Below, piece after piece: positions 31,742-42,270 of a stretch of 64,000 bases of DNA (within the stretch, counting starts at the first letter, position 1; every line of letters starts with the position of its first letter). Position numbers and translations under genes: made by a program. Under the pieces are notes generated by a model that was not told where the DNA came from, ran no database searches, and saw only the letters and a program-made list of their open reading frames with translations. Source of the stretch: an uncultured Rivularia sp. GTDB lineage: Bacteria; Cyanobacteriota; Cyanobacteriia; Cyanobacteriales; Nostocaceae. The stretch is taken from contig OY762007.1 in assembly GCA_963665115.1 (NCBI GenBank), forward strand, positions 448,001-512,000. The letters are read 5' to 3'.

Positions 31742-31909
31742 TCGCAACAACCGGAATTAGCTGAGGCTATGAAAAATATTGTTAATAACAGCAATCCGAC
31801 GTTATCAACAGTCATTAAATTTAAATTACAAAGTATGGAATTAGTTAAATTGCAAGGAGATAATGTATTTCCAAGTTGTAATTTATATCGTCGGTTTTTG
31901 AGGATTTGA
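31696..31909 (+). pseudogene. Degenerate copy of the last ~70 codons of the HTH-AAA_35 gene
   Basis: Direct repeat of 30592-30805 encoding YSEYLRRQSLI*SQQPELAEAMKNIVNN...KFKLQSMELVKLQGDNVFPSCNLYRRFLRI*. Confidence 0.85.
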
Positions 31910-31938
31910 TAAGGCTCATAACGAGCGCTAAAGCGCAA

Positions 31939-32760
31939 CTATGAGCCTTTATTTTCCACTTTCCAAACTTCACGCGCTCTCCCCAACTCCTCACTCAAAC
32001 TTTGATGAATATAACCATTAGTAGCTAAAATTCTTCCCGAATCCATCTTAAAATCGCTACCATCATACGCAGTAACTTTACCACCAGCTTCCCGTAAAAT
32101 AATTATTCCAGCAGTAATATCCCAAGGTGACAAACCTCTTTCCCAGTATCCATCCAAACGCCCGCAAGCAGTATGAGCTAAATCCAACGCAGCGGAGCCA
32201 CCACGCCTTACTCCTTGAGTTAAATGAGTTAAATGACAAAATTCCGTATAGTTGTTATCTGATGTTTCCCGACGGTCATAAGCGAAACCAGTAACTAACA
32301 AACTTTTACTTAATTCTGAAGTCTTAGAAACACTTATCGGACGGCGATTACAAATTGCTCCCAACCCTTGAGCAGCGCGGTATAATTCATTGCGGTAAGG
32401 GTCGTAAATTACACCAACTTGCGGCACACCATTAATTAAAAGCCCAATGGAAACCGAAAAAAACGGATATTCGTGAGCGAAATTTGTCGTACCATCCAAC
32501 GGATCGATCGCCCAAAGATATTCTTGATTTTGATTACCTAACTTCCCAGATTCTTCAGCAAGAATAGCGTGTTCGGGAAAATGACGGCGTAAAGTTTCTA
32601 AAACCACAGCTTCCGAAGCTTTATCGGCAGCAGTCACCAAATCACCAGGACGTTTTTCCGCAGTTTTATCTTCCACCTTACCTAAATAACCTTGTAAAAC
32701 AGCACCAGCAGACAGCGCTGCTTCAGTTGCAATATCTAGAAAAATTTGTAAGTCAGCCAT
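31939..32760 (-). CDS. suhB: Inositol monophosphatase family protein
   Basis: DLVTAAD, LAEES, WAIDPLDGTTNF, GSAALDL, PWDITAG. Confidence 0.92.
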   Translation of the reverse strand: MADLQIFLDIATEAALSAGAVLQGYLGKVEDKTAEKRPGDLVTAADKASEAVVLETLRRHFPEHAILAEESGKLGNQNQEYLWAIDPLDGTTNFAHEYPFFSVSIGLLINGVPQVGVIYDPYRNELYRAAQGLGAICNRRPISVSKTSELSKSLLVTGFAYDRRETSDNNYTEFCHLTHLTQGVRRGGSAALDLAHTACGRLDGYWERGLSPWDITAGIIILREAGGKVTAYDGSDFKMDSGRILATNGYIHQSLSEELGRAREVWKVENKGS

Positions 32761-32885
32761 GAATTAGGTTAAAGGTTAAAGGTTAAAGGTCAAAGGTATT
32801 GAGTTAGGAGTTAGGAGTTAAGAGTTAGGAGTGAAGAGTTAAGAATTTTCTTGTCTCCTTGTCTCCTCATCTCCCTATCTCCCCA

Positions 32886-33411
32886 TCACCTGTAAACGCG
32901 GCGAAACTCAGATGGAGAAAGACGCATGGGATCTTCGGGGTTCCAAATTCCTTCTCCCATCAGTCTAGACCAATGTTGTGCGCGTTCCAAACGGGAATCG
33001 TATTTGTGATTTGGCGATCGCGCTATGAATATTGCGTGTCCCTTCTTTAATTAGTTGTTCGTTTATTAATGTGTCATCTTTCCATACGTAAGCTAAGGTT
33101 CTGCCAAATTTATCTTTAGCTTCTAAGTCAAATTCTAATCTGACGGGTGAAGATTTATCTTGAATTAACTCCCTCAAACGTTCTTTGGAAGCTTCTCCCC
33201 AAGGTCGATGACGTGTAGAAGGGGCGCTAATACCAGTCAAACGCACTTCGGAAATTAAAGTAGGCTGTTCCCGAAAACCCATAACTTGCAAAGTTTGTCC
33301 GCTAACAACCCGCACCACTTTAATCGGCACCATTCCCGCTTGAAATGTATCTTTTTTAGCTTGGCACCCCAGCAGCAACAAGCAACATAAGACAATAACT
33401 ACTGACTTCAT
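32886..33411 (-). pseudogene. Thermonuclease (SNase-like) lipoprotein with 1-bp frameshift at about 33040
   Basis: Lipobox LLGC; DKFGRTLAYVW; removing one G restores KEGHAIFIARSPNHKYDSRLERAQHWSRLMGEGIWNPEDPMRLSPSEFRRVYR*. Confidence 0.8.
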
Positions 33412-33524
33412 TGAATTTTAGATTTTAGATTAATAGTTATAAGTTAGGAGTAAAGGGTTATAAATTTAAATAAAATCCCCCTATCTCCCCATGCCCAATG
33501 CCCCATCCCCAATTCCCATCCTAA

Positions 33525-33893
33525 TTAATCTTCCTCAATCGGTAATCCCGCACGAACTCTACCTTTGGCAAAATAACGCCCGAATTGAAGTACGTAAACT
33601 TCGTCTTCGTCTTGGGTTTCTACTTCCAAGTCGGAACAGGCATAGCTAACGCATAGTAATGCATAGCCTTTTCTTTGCAGGTGAGGGGATAATCCCACGG
33701 CTTCTGGTTGAGATATATTTCCTTTAATAACTTTGACGGCACAAGTCGTACAAGCACCATTACGACAGGAAAACGGCAAATCTACGCCTTGTTTCTCAAA
33801 ACTGTGCAGGATGTAGCGATCGCCGGGTACTTCTAAGGTGTGTGTGGTGCCTTTTGCTCGATCTCTAACTGTGACTTTATATGTGGAGGACAT
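33525..33893 (-). CDS. 2Fe-2S ferredoxin with C-terminal extension (Fed2/FdC2 type)
   Basis: LPFSCRNGACTTC, LLCV, QDEDEVYVLQFGRYF tail. Confidence 0.9.
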   Translation of the reverse strand: MSSTYKVTVRDRAKGTTHTLEVPGDRYILHSFEKQGVDLPFSCRNGACTTCAVKVIKGNISQPEAVGLSPHLQRKGYALLCVSYACSDLEVETQDEDEVYVLQFGRYFAKGRVRAGLPIEED

Positions 33894-33943
33894 AATGATT
33901 TCAGATTTCGGATTCGGTAATTATAGAATTATTCTCTCAAGGA

Positions 33944-33972
33944 TTGCAGTTTATTTGATTTCAATGTAAGAT
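33944..33972 (+). promoter_or_regulatory. Sigma70-like promoter for tRNA-Ser
   Basis: TTGCAG-N17-TAAGAT ending about 22 bp upstream of the tRNA. Confidence 0.55.
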
Positions 33973-33994
33973 GTCTTCTTGTGGCACTCCACCT

Positions 33995-34081
33995 GGAGAG
34001 GTGGCCGAGTGGTTTAAGGCGCAGCACTGGAAATGCTGTTTACTCGAAAGGGTAGCGAGGGTTCGAATCCCTCCCTCTCCG
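33995..34081 (+). tRNA. tRNA-Ser(GGA)
   Basis: Acceptor GGAGAGG/CCTCTCC-G; D arm GCCGAGTGGTTTAAGGC; anticodon arm CAGCA-CTGGAAA-TGCTG; long variable arm; GTTCGAATCC T loop; CCA not encoded. Confidence 0.96.
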
Positions 34082-34403
34082 TTTATAAATTTAAGTTATG
34101 TTATACCCACGTACACAATCGAGTATGTGGGTTTTTTGCTGAGTATAATCTCGAAACTTCAAATTTCAAGCTCTGAATCGAACATTCAACTATTGCGATC
34201 GGTAATGTTGTGACTTGTATCACTGAAGGTAACTTGTAAGCGCGGTCATTATGTAAAAGTGATGATGACCTTAAGGAAAGCTTATGGTAAAGCTGCAATT
34301 GAGAATTAACATTTCGATTAACGGGACTTAATGTCCAAGGAGTGTAATTCCTTAAGCGTTCAAAGTTGGGTTTGCGGATTTTTGTAGCTGTACAGGTAAA
34401 AGA

Positions 34404-36672
34404 ATGAAAAAGTTGGCATTGCTGATTGGGGTAAGCGAATATGAGTACGACTTGAATCCCCTACCAGGTGCCCTTAAGGATGTTGATGCAATCCAACGTG
34501 TTTTACAACATCCAGATATGGGTGATTTTTCCCCAAATAATATCAAACTATTGAAAAATCCGCAGATACCAAATATGGGAATGGAAATTGAGAAAATTTT
34601 CTCTAATTGCCAGAAGCATGATTTGGTGTTGCTATATTTTTCCGGGCATGGGATTAAAGATGATAATGGCAATCTTTATTTAGCGAGCAGTCAAACTTGC
34701 AAGCATCCTAACGGGCAATTGATTACTTCAAGCACTGTCGCTGCAAGTTTTATACACAATATCATGGATAAAAGCCCTTCTCGGAGGCAAGTAATTATTC
34801 TTGATTGCTGCTTCAGCGGTGCTTTTGCTCGCGGTATGACGGTAAAAAATGATGGTGATGTAGATATTAAAAATCAATTGGGAGGGGAAGGAAGGGCAGT
34901 TTTAACTTCTTCTACTTCTACTCAATATTCTTTTGAGGAACAGGCATCCAATCACTCAATTTATACGCGCTACCTTGTCGAAGGAATTGAAAATGGTAAA
35001 GCCGATTTGGATGGTGATGGTGTAATTTCAGTTGATGAACTGCATGAATATACTCGCACTAGAATGCAAGAAGTTGCACCCAAAAGTAAACCTGAGATTT
35101 ATGCTTTCAAGGAAGGTTATAAGATTCAGTTGGCAAAAGTATGTCTAACTCAACAGCTAATTCCGATTGCTAAAAATCAAATAGGTTTCGGTGAATTAAA
35201 GTTGGGAAGAATGCTGCAAGAGGAAAGCGCTGAAGATGAATTGCAAGTTGATTATCTACCTAATTTTTTAGAACCGTTTGATTTTTTGATTAAAACTTTA
35301 ATTACCAAACTCACTGAAAACTTTTTTACTAACGATCGAGCAAATAATTTATCTATTGATTCTGAATTTGAAATTCAAATATTAGAAATTATCCGAGAAG
35401 CTTCTGAAGCCGATTTTGTATTTATACTCGAAAATGATAGTCAGGATAACTGTTTTGTTAAATCACAAAGTAATTTAGCAGAAAATATTGAGAAGAATGG
35501 CTATATTAATATACTAAACACAATAATTTTTCCAATTATCTCTCATGAATCAGTTTTTAATCCCTCGCATCACGGCACTTATAAAATTCATGAATATGCT
35601 AAAGGTTCTGCCAATGCTTTTGTGATGATACCGTTAAAAATGCCTCCGAATGCTGAAATTATGGTAATTTGCGGTGTGCCTCGAAATTCGCATTTATTAG
35701 GAAATGCCTACGGTAGGATTTTATCTAGTTTTTATCAAAGCAGTCAAACATTTTTACAACCTGCATTAGTAGAAGCCGCTATTATTGATTCTTTAAAAAA
35801 GGATTTTAAATTTGTATCTGAATCGTTATACGAAAGACGTTTTCAACTATTTTGCGAACGGTTGCAGAAAATGGTTGTTTATTTTGAACCCTTAATTTGC
35901 ATAGATGCCAATGAATTTTTTATCAGTGGTTGGGAAGCTTTAGCTAGAGATCCTGAAAGTTTAACTGCTCCCGTCGATCTATTTCAAGCCGCAGAATTAT
36001 GGGGTTCTCGATTCAAAGTTGAGTTAGACCAATATTTTCTGAAAGTTGCAGCAAAAAGCTATAAAGAAGCTAGGAAGTTAAAACAAAGAAGACTGAGTGA
36101 TGTTGTACCATTGTCAGTTAATGTATATCCGGAATCATTAGTTAGAACGGAATATTTTGAAACTGTTAGAGAAATTTTGGCAGAAGATATTATTTCACCA
36201 CGAAATTTGGTCTTAGAAATTTCTGAAAAATCAGAATTACCAGAGTTTGACGATAGTATTCGATTAGATAATCCTTTAGCTTTTTTCAAAAATAAACTTT
36301 TAGAATACGTACATCAATTTAATATTCGATTTGCTATCGATGATTTTGGAGTTGGTTATTCTTCAGTTTCTCGACTAGCTGGTTTGAACCCATGTCATGT
36401 TAAAATTGACCGCGAAATCCTGCATCATCAATCTAGCGATCTAATTATTCGTTTCGTTCATCAAATTGTTAAAGATAATAATTTATATCCACCGAATGTA
36501 ATAGTTGAGGGTGTAGATGAAGAAACTCCGATTAGTTTATATCAATTAAAAAAAATAGGTGTAACTTATATTCAAGGGCATATTGTTGGTAAACCAGAGT
36601 CAGAAGTTTATCGTCTCAGCCAGGAAAAATATATAGAAACTCAAGAAAATGATTTCAGGTGAGATTGTTTAA
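34404..36672 (+). CDS. Caspase-like (peptidase C14) - GAF-like - EAL fusion protein
   Basis: KLALLIGV, YFSGHG, ILDCCFSG (His/Cys dyad); EAL motifs WEALARD, SVNV, LEISE, AIDDFGVGYS, KIDR, VEGVD, IQG. ORF as given stops at 36662; removing one A at about 36638 would give IELKKMISGEIV* at 36672. Confidence 0.88.
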
Positions 36673-36745
36673 GGGAAAATCTTTAATTTTCGGAGTTATT
36701 GCTCTTATAATTGTTTATGTAAGTATAATCTCGCAATAGGGCTGT

Positions 36746-37126
36746 ATGATTACTGACTTGACTGACGTGAAGCTGACTATTTCTTTTGTAGATCCAGATT
36801 TAGACGAGGAAGAAAAAGAAGCAGAGGTAATTAAGCTGCTTGCACAAATGAAGAATTTAGATGAAGTTGAAGAAGTTGGGCGGGTTGCCGAAGCGAGTGT
36901 ACCTCAAAACAGCAAGTCAATATCGGGTTATATCGCTGGAAAAGTTTGGACTTTCGTGAAATCTCAGAATATTAAACAAGTATGGGGATTTTTGAGCGAG
37001 CGTCTTGGTAATAAAGTTATTGAAGTAGAAGCAGAAGCTAATGGTAAGAAAATTAAGGTAAAAGCTAAAAATTCCCAAGAGTTACAAGAAGCAGTTAAAG
37101 CAGTGCAGGAATTTATTAAAAGTTAA
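36746..37126 (+). CDS. EACC1-like (effector-associated constant component) small protein
   Basis: DPDLDEEEKEAEVIKLLAQM...PQNSKS...FLSERLGNKVIEVEAEANGKKIKVKAKNSQEL pattern, recalled as the partner of cyanobacterial caspases; adjacent and co-oriented with the caspase gene. Confidence 0.72.
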   Translation: MITDLTDVKLTISFVDPDLDEEEKEAEVIKLLAQMKNLDEVEEVGRVAEASVPQNSKSISGYIAGKVWTFVKSQNIKQVWGFLSERLGNKVIEVEAEANGKKIKVKAKNSQELQEAVKAVQEFIKS

Positions 37127-37203
37127 ATAAGATGTAGTTCGATTTTGACCGGCTGAACCTTAGTTTAACCAGTATTTTAGAATTGATTTTTCATCTAAAA
37201 CTC

Positions 37204-37463
37204 TCTAACATAAACAATGGTAAGTTTCTTGTTGAGTTATTTCATCAACTGCTGTTTGACGATAAGCCTTGTATCTATTACCTGAAGGGGCAAGCCAAGC
37301 AGAGATTTTCAAAGATACTTTCCCCTCCTGCCGAACGAGGAACAATATGTTCTAATTCAAAGGTACTTATTGTCAGGGATTCATTTGTACGACAATAAGC
37401 ACAACAGTTATTAAAATGATTGCGAATTCGCCGTTGTAACTCTACAGCAATATAAACACTCAC
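37204..37463 (-). pseudogene. HNH endonuclease, frameshifted and truncated
   Basis: CAYC...EHIVPRSAGG...NLCLACP; frameshift at about 37288, then SGNRYKAYRQTAVDEITQQET in another frame before an early stop. Confidence 0.75.
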
Positions 37464-37474
37464 GCGATTTCACA

Positions 37475-37804
37475 TTACCCCTGAAGATGATTTAAGCTAT
37501 ATCTAGCTCTAGTTTTTAGAATATTTAGCTGGTCAACCTTTGTCAATAAACTATCTAAAATTTCACTTTCATTATTTGACAGTTGATTATCGCTATTTCT
37601 TGCTAATAAATCATTTAATTCAGTTTGAGTGCTTGTAGATAACTTAATATCCGCTAAAGCTTGTAATTCATCTATACTTAAATTAGTTAAAAGTTCAGAA
37701 TCTACCACCGATTGATTCATCAATTTATGGTAAGTGTCCAAATCTAACAATACGCCTATTCTTTCTCCTTGGTTGTTGGTAAGATACTGTACTGATTCAG
37801 TCAT
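37475..37804 (-). CDS. Antitoxin-like hypothetical protein paired with the HNH gene
   Basis: QYLTNNQGERIGVLLD...ELNDLLARN...LNILKTRARY; immediately upstream of and co-oriented with the HNH gene. Confidence 0.65.
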   Translation of the reverse strand: MTESVQYLTNNQGERIGVLLDLDTYHKLMNQSVVDSELLTNLSIDELQALADIKLSTSTQTELNDLLARNSDNQLSNNESEILDSLLTKVDQLNILKTRARYSLNHLQG

Positions 37805-38168
37805 AATTATTGATTCCCTTTACAATAACTTTTTTAATACAAAACTTCTTACTATCAATTTTAACGGTTATAGCTGTGTTTTTTATGCTAACTAAGTAGT
37901 AAAAAAGGGAGTAGTGAATAGAAAACGGTGGCAAGACGAATAGATAATAATAGCTCGATCAATTTCTATTATCAAACAGCAGTTTGTATTCCTAGACACA
38001 TTTATATCAATACATAGTTCTTGTAAACAATCGCAAAGTAAACTTAACTACCATTCGTAGCAAAAACTATAATAATTGGTTTGGCAAGACTTTAAAATAA
38101 AAAATACTTGCAGTATCGCTGCACTCAGTTAAGAATTAATACGGTAAAGCACGCGGAGTAATTATAAG

Positions 38169-39600
38169 GTGAGTCAGTCATTTGATTACGATTTAGCGAT
38201 CGTCGGCGCTGGAGTAGGTGGACATGGCGCTGCCTTACACGCCGTTAGCTGTGGATTAAAAACTGCAATTATTGAAGCTGGTGATATGGGGGGAACCTGC
38301 GTTAACCGTGGTTGTATCCCCTCGAAGGCGTTACTTGCTGCTTCTGGAAGAGTGCGGGAGTTACGCGATGCTTACCATCTCAAGTCGATGGGTATTCAAA
38401 TTGATAACGTAAGATTTGAAAGAAATGATATAGCAAACCATGCGAATAATTTGGTGGCGAAGATTCAAGGAGATTTAACTAATTCTCTTAAACGTTTGGG
38501 TGTTGATATTATTCAAGGTTGGGGTAAAGTTGCCGGAAAACAAAAGGTAACTATTGATACTCCTGACGGTGAAAAAACTATTACAGCTAAAGATATTATT
38601 CTTTCTACTGGTTCGGTTCCTTTTGTCCCACCGGGGATTGAAGTTGATGGTAAAACGGTGTTTACCAGCGACCAAGCGGTAAAGTTGGAATGGTTGCCGC
38701 AATGGGTAGCAATTGTTGGTAGCGGCTACATCGGTTTGGAATTTTCCGATGTTTACTCGGCTTTGGGTTGCGAAATCACCATGATAGAAGCTTTACCCCA
38801 ATTAATGCCGGGATTTGACCGCGATATTGCTAAACTTGCCGAAAGAGTATTAATAAATCCTCGCGATATTGAAACTTATTCTGGAATATACGCTAAAAAA
38901 ATTACTCCTGGTTCACCAGTAATTATTGAATTAGCTGATTTTAAGACTAAAGAAGATGTAGACGTATTAGAAGTTGATGCTTGTTTGGTTGCTACCGGAA
39001 GAATTCCAGTCACGCAAAACATTGGCTTAGATTCGGTGAGTGTTGAATTAGATAGACGCAAGTTTATTCCGGTAAATGATTCGATGGCAGTACTCTCTCA
39101 AGGGGAAACCCGTACCGCATTTATGGGCGATTGGCGATGCTACTGGCAAAATGATGCTGGCTCATGCTGCTTCCGCTCAAGGTATTACCGCCGTGGAAAA
39201 CATCTGCGGTAGAACAAAGGAAATTGATTATGCAAGCATTCCCGCAGCAGCATTTACTCATCCAGAGATTAGCTATGTGGGAATGACGCAGGAACAAGCT
39301 AAAGAAAAAGCCCAAACCGAAGGCTTTGAAGTTGGAGTTAGTAAAAGTTATTTTAAAGGTAATTCCAAAGCTTTAGCAGAAGGAGAAGCCGACGGAATCG
39401 CCAAAGTTGTTTATCGCAAAGATACCGGAGAAGTGCTTGGAGTCCACATCTTCGGACTTCACGCAGCCGATATCATCCATGAAGCAAGTGCGGCGATCGC
39501 CAATCGTCAAAGCGTAAATTCACTAGCCCATCTAGTCCACGCCCATCCCACACTTTCCGAAGTCTTGGATGAAGCATATAAAAGAGCGGCAGTCAGTTAA
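38169..39600 (+). CDS. lpdA: Dihydrolipoamide dehydrogenase (apparent +1 frameshift at about 39107)
   Basis: [19 protein letters not shown] redox disulfide, [20 protein letters not shown]; the two ORFs join as [16 protein letters not shown] if one A is removed. Confidence 0.93.
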
Positions 39601-39716
39601 TCAGGTTAGAGGTTAAAGGTTAAAGGTCAAAGGTTATAAATGTAGTGGGAGCGTCTCGCTCCCTATTTACAATAAAGTTGTGAATTGAAATTTTCTCCTC
39701 CCTCTACCCCCAATCC

Positions 39717-39810
39717 CCAATTACCAATTACCAATTACCAATTACCAATTACCAATTACCAATTACCAATTACCGATTACCAATTACCAATTACCAATTA
39801 CCAATTACCA
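39717..39810 (+). repeat. STRR tandem heptamer (CCAATTA) x about 13
   Basis: Near-perfect tandem array abutting the trpC ATG. Confidence 0.92.
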
Positions 39811-40701
39811 ATGCAAATCCGTCGTCGTCCCCCCAATCCCGATATTGCCGTAATGTCATTGCGGTATCAAATTGCTGCTGCTGATGCCGAGCCAAGCAAT
39901 ATTTTAGAAGAAATTGTTTGGTATAAAGAAGCTGAAGTTGACCAAATGCGCGATAAGCAGTCTTTACAGGATTTGCAGCGCCAAATGGCTAATACTCCAC
40001 CCGCTCGCGATTTTCTGGCTGCTTTACGTCAAGGAAAAACTAAACCGGCTTTAATCGCAGAGGTAAAAAAAGCTTCTCCTAGCAAAGGCGTATTACGGGA
40101 AGATTTTGACCCCGTACAAATTGCTCTTGAGTATCAAAAAGGTGGCGCTAGCTGTCTTTCGGTGCTTACAGATAAAAAGTTTTTTCAGGGTAGTTTTGAA
40201 AATTTATCTAAAGTCAGGGCTGCTGTAGATTTACCTCTGCTGTGTAAGGAATTTATTATTTATCCTTACCAAATGTATATGGCACGTCTTCGCGGTGCTG
40301 ATGCAGTTTTACTTATAGCAGCGGTACTCAGCGACCAAGATTTACAATACTTTGTAAAAATCGCTAAGGCTTTACAGTTAACGGCTTTGATTGAAGTTCA
40401 TACTCTGGAAGAACTTGACCGTGTTTTAGCTGTAGATGGTGTTTCCTTAATTGGGATCAATAATCGTAATTTGGAAGACTTTTCTGTTGACTTACAAACT
40501 ACTTGTAAGTTATTACAGGCAAGGACTAAACAATTGCAGGAACGAAATATCCTTGTAGTTAGCGAATCGGGATTACATACCCCATCGGATTTAAGTTTAG
40601 TAGCCAAAAGTGGTGCCTCTGCGGTATTAATTGGTGAATCTCTGGTAAAACAGCCAGATCCAGCTTTGTCTATTACCAATCTATTCGCAAATTTTTCATA
40701 A
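39811..40701 (+). CDS. trpC: Indole-3-glycerol phosphate synthase
   Basis: [49 protein letters not shown]; start MQIRRR at 39811. Confidence 0.96.
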   Translation: MQIRRRPPNPDIAVMSLRYQIAAADAEPSNILEEIVWYKEAEVDQMRDKQSLQDLQRQMANTPPARDFLAALRQGKTKPALIAEVKKASPSKGVLREDFDPVQIALEYQKGGASCLSVLTDKKFFQGSFENLSKVRAAVDLPLLCKEFIIYPYQMYMARLRGADAVLLIAAVLSDQDLQYFVKIAKALQLTALIEVHTLEELDRVLAVDGVSLIGINNRNLEDFSVDLQTTCKLLQARTKQLQERNILVVSESGLHTPSDLSLVAKSGASAVLIGESLVKQPDPALSITNLFANFS

Positions 40702-40812
40702 CCAACTTTTTTGGACTTGCAACAATTCACTTGTTGGCTGTGTAACAATTTATTTATTACATACCTTGAGCTTGGCTAGAGCCTCAACCCTATCAACTAT
40801 CTTTTAAACTTC

Positions 40813-41064
40813 ATGGAGCAAATTCCTCTTCCTTCACCCGTTCATTACGAACTATTACTGCAATTACTTGAAAGGCAAACCATGAATGCAGTTAATCAAA
40901 ATCCCAATTTACGGAACCAGGTAAATCAATTAATTATTACCCTCCGTAAAGCAGCTGTCCAACAAAAGCATTTGGAACAAGTCTGTGAGGTTTCTTCTAT
41001 GGAAGTTTCGCACCGTTGGTCTATCAATCACCTTAGCTCCGGACAAATTGCAGCTTCTGAGTAA
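40813..41064 (+). CDS. Conserved cyanobacterial small protein (DUF5340-like)
   Basis: PLPSPVHYELLLQLLERQT...LIITLRKAAVQQK...HRWS motif. Confidence 0.75.
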   Translation: MEQIPLPSPVHYELLLQLLERQTMNAVNQNPNLRNQVNQLIITLRKAAVQQKHLEQVCEVSSMEVSHRWSINHLSSGQIAASE

Positions 41065-41426
41065 CGTGCTAGTTACCATAACTGCTAGTAGGGCAACACA
41101 AATACAAAGCATTACCTAAGTTTTGTCTTCGGTCTATTTGTCTTGAAAGCATAGAAAATATACTTTAACCACCAAGTCTGAGGAGCGCTATATATAGCCT
41201 TGGCTGAATAACAACAATTTACTATCTGCCCTACAACAGTTTCTTTTACTTTAGACTGCTAATCTACAAATCTATTGTACAAATAGCATAAATAATAAAA
41301 TAGACACCTATTATACCATTAAATTTAATTGTCACTACAAAATAATTAATAGGAAGTAGGGAACAGGCAAGAGGGAATAGGCAATTATTATTAACTCCTC
41401 ACTCCTAACTCTCAATCCAAAATCCC

Positions 41427-41469
41427 AAACAAAAGAGCGAGTTGAATATTCAACTCGCTCTTTTGTTTT
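41427..41469. terminator. Perfect palindrome, probable bidirectional terminator
   Basis: AAACAAAAGAGCGAGTTGAATATTCAACTCGCTCTTTTGTTT between convergent genes. Confidence 0.75.
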
Positions 41470-41557
41470 ATATATAATTACATTCGGAATCAGTCTTCGC
41501 AAAAAGTGGAGTCTTTGCAACAACATCTTTTTATTCTCCCTATTGCTAACTCATTAC

Positions 41558-41749
41558 CTATGCTGTTTCTAACCAATCGTATATTTGCTCCAACTGCTCT
41601 AAAGTTACCAAACCATATTGCCACAAAATCATCGGTAAAGGACCTGGATCTTGTTCGCTGTGACGTAAAGCTACCGCTAGCGAAGCCGTAGAAATCGATA
41701 AGTCATCTTGCAAAAAACGTATCAGTCTCGAATAATTAGATTGTGCCAT
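41558..41749 (-). CDS. DUF2949-family small protein
   Basis: LIRFLQDDLSI...PLPMILWQYGLVTLEQLEQIYDWLE; GGAGG RBS before the ATG at 41749. Confidence 0.85.
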   Translation of the reverse strand: MAQSNYSRLIRFLQDDLSISTASLAVALRHSEQDPGPLPMILWQYGLVTLEQLEQIYDWLETA

Positions 41750-42270
41750 TTTTGTCTCACCTCCTTCAGTAGGGTGTATTGTCATATATCTATCCATTCT
41801 TTATCCGTAGCTAGTAGCTAGTAATTCATGTGTCACTGCACGGTTGTCTAATAAACAGTTGAGTATAGTTTGTCCAATGCAAGACGACAAAGGAGAACCA
41901 AGGGAAATAAATATCTTAGCTTGATTTATATCAATAGTCTCAAGTAACACTTCACTTAATTTAAAAGAGTTTAATTCTTTCTACTTAAGTGATGATAGCT
42001 AATTTAATTTCTTGTAACAAAGATTCCATAGCTTATACTCCCCCATTTGCAGCTGTTTACACGTACACCAAAAGGAAGATTTTTGGGATCGAATATAAAT
42101 TTTGACTTGACTTGAACCCAGACAGTTAGTAATAGACTAGCAGCAATGCAAATCTTAACATCACATTCGATTTTTATACCACTATTATTGATACTTTTTT
42201 ATCAACAATCGTTTAAATATATATCTATTAAGCTATATAAGCAGATATGCTGTCTTTATCTATTAAGTAA

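Noticed and set aside
30592..31909. Repeat pair as a DGR template/variable region
   Set aside because: Mismatches are not confined to adenines of either copy, many are synonymous, and no reverse transcriptase is in the window.
33971..38100. Integrative element at tRNA-Ser, and ORF 33971-34213
   Set aside because: I found no integrase and no duplicated tRNA 3' end; the ORF simply overlaps the tRNA.
39076..39212. Programmed frameshifting or a split lpdA
   Set aside because: No canonical slippery heptamer with stimulator, and the same indel context occurs in unrelated genes; sequencing error is more parsimonious.
39685..39810. N-terminal QLPITNY extension of TrpC
   Set aside because: Translation of the CCAATTA STRR tract; the plausible start is ATG 39811.
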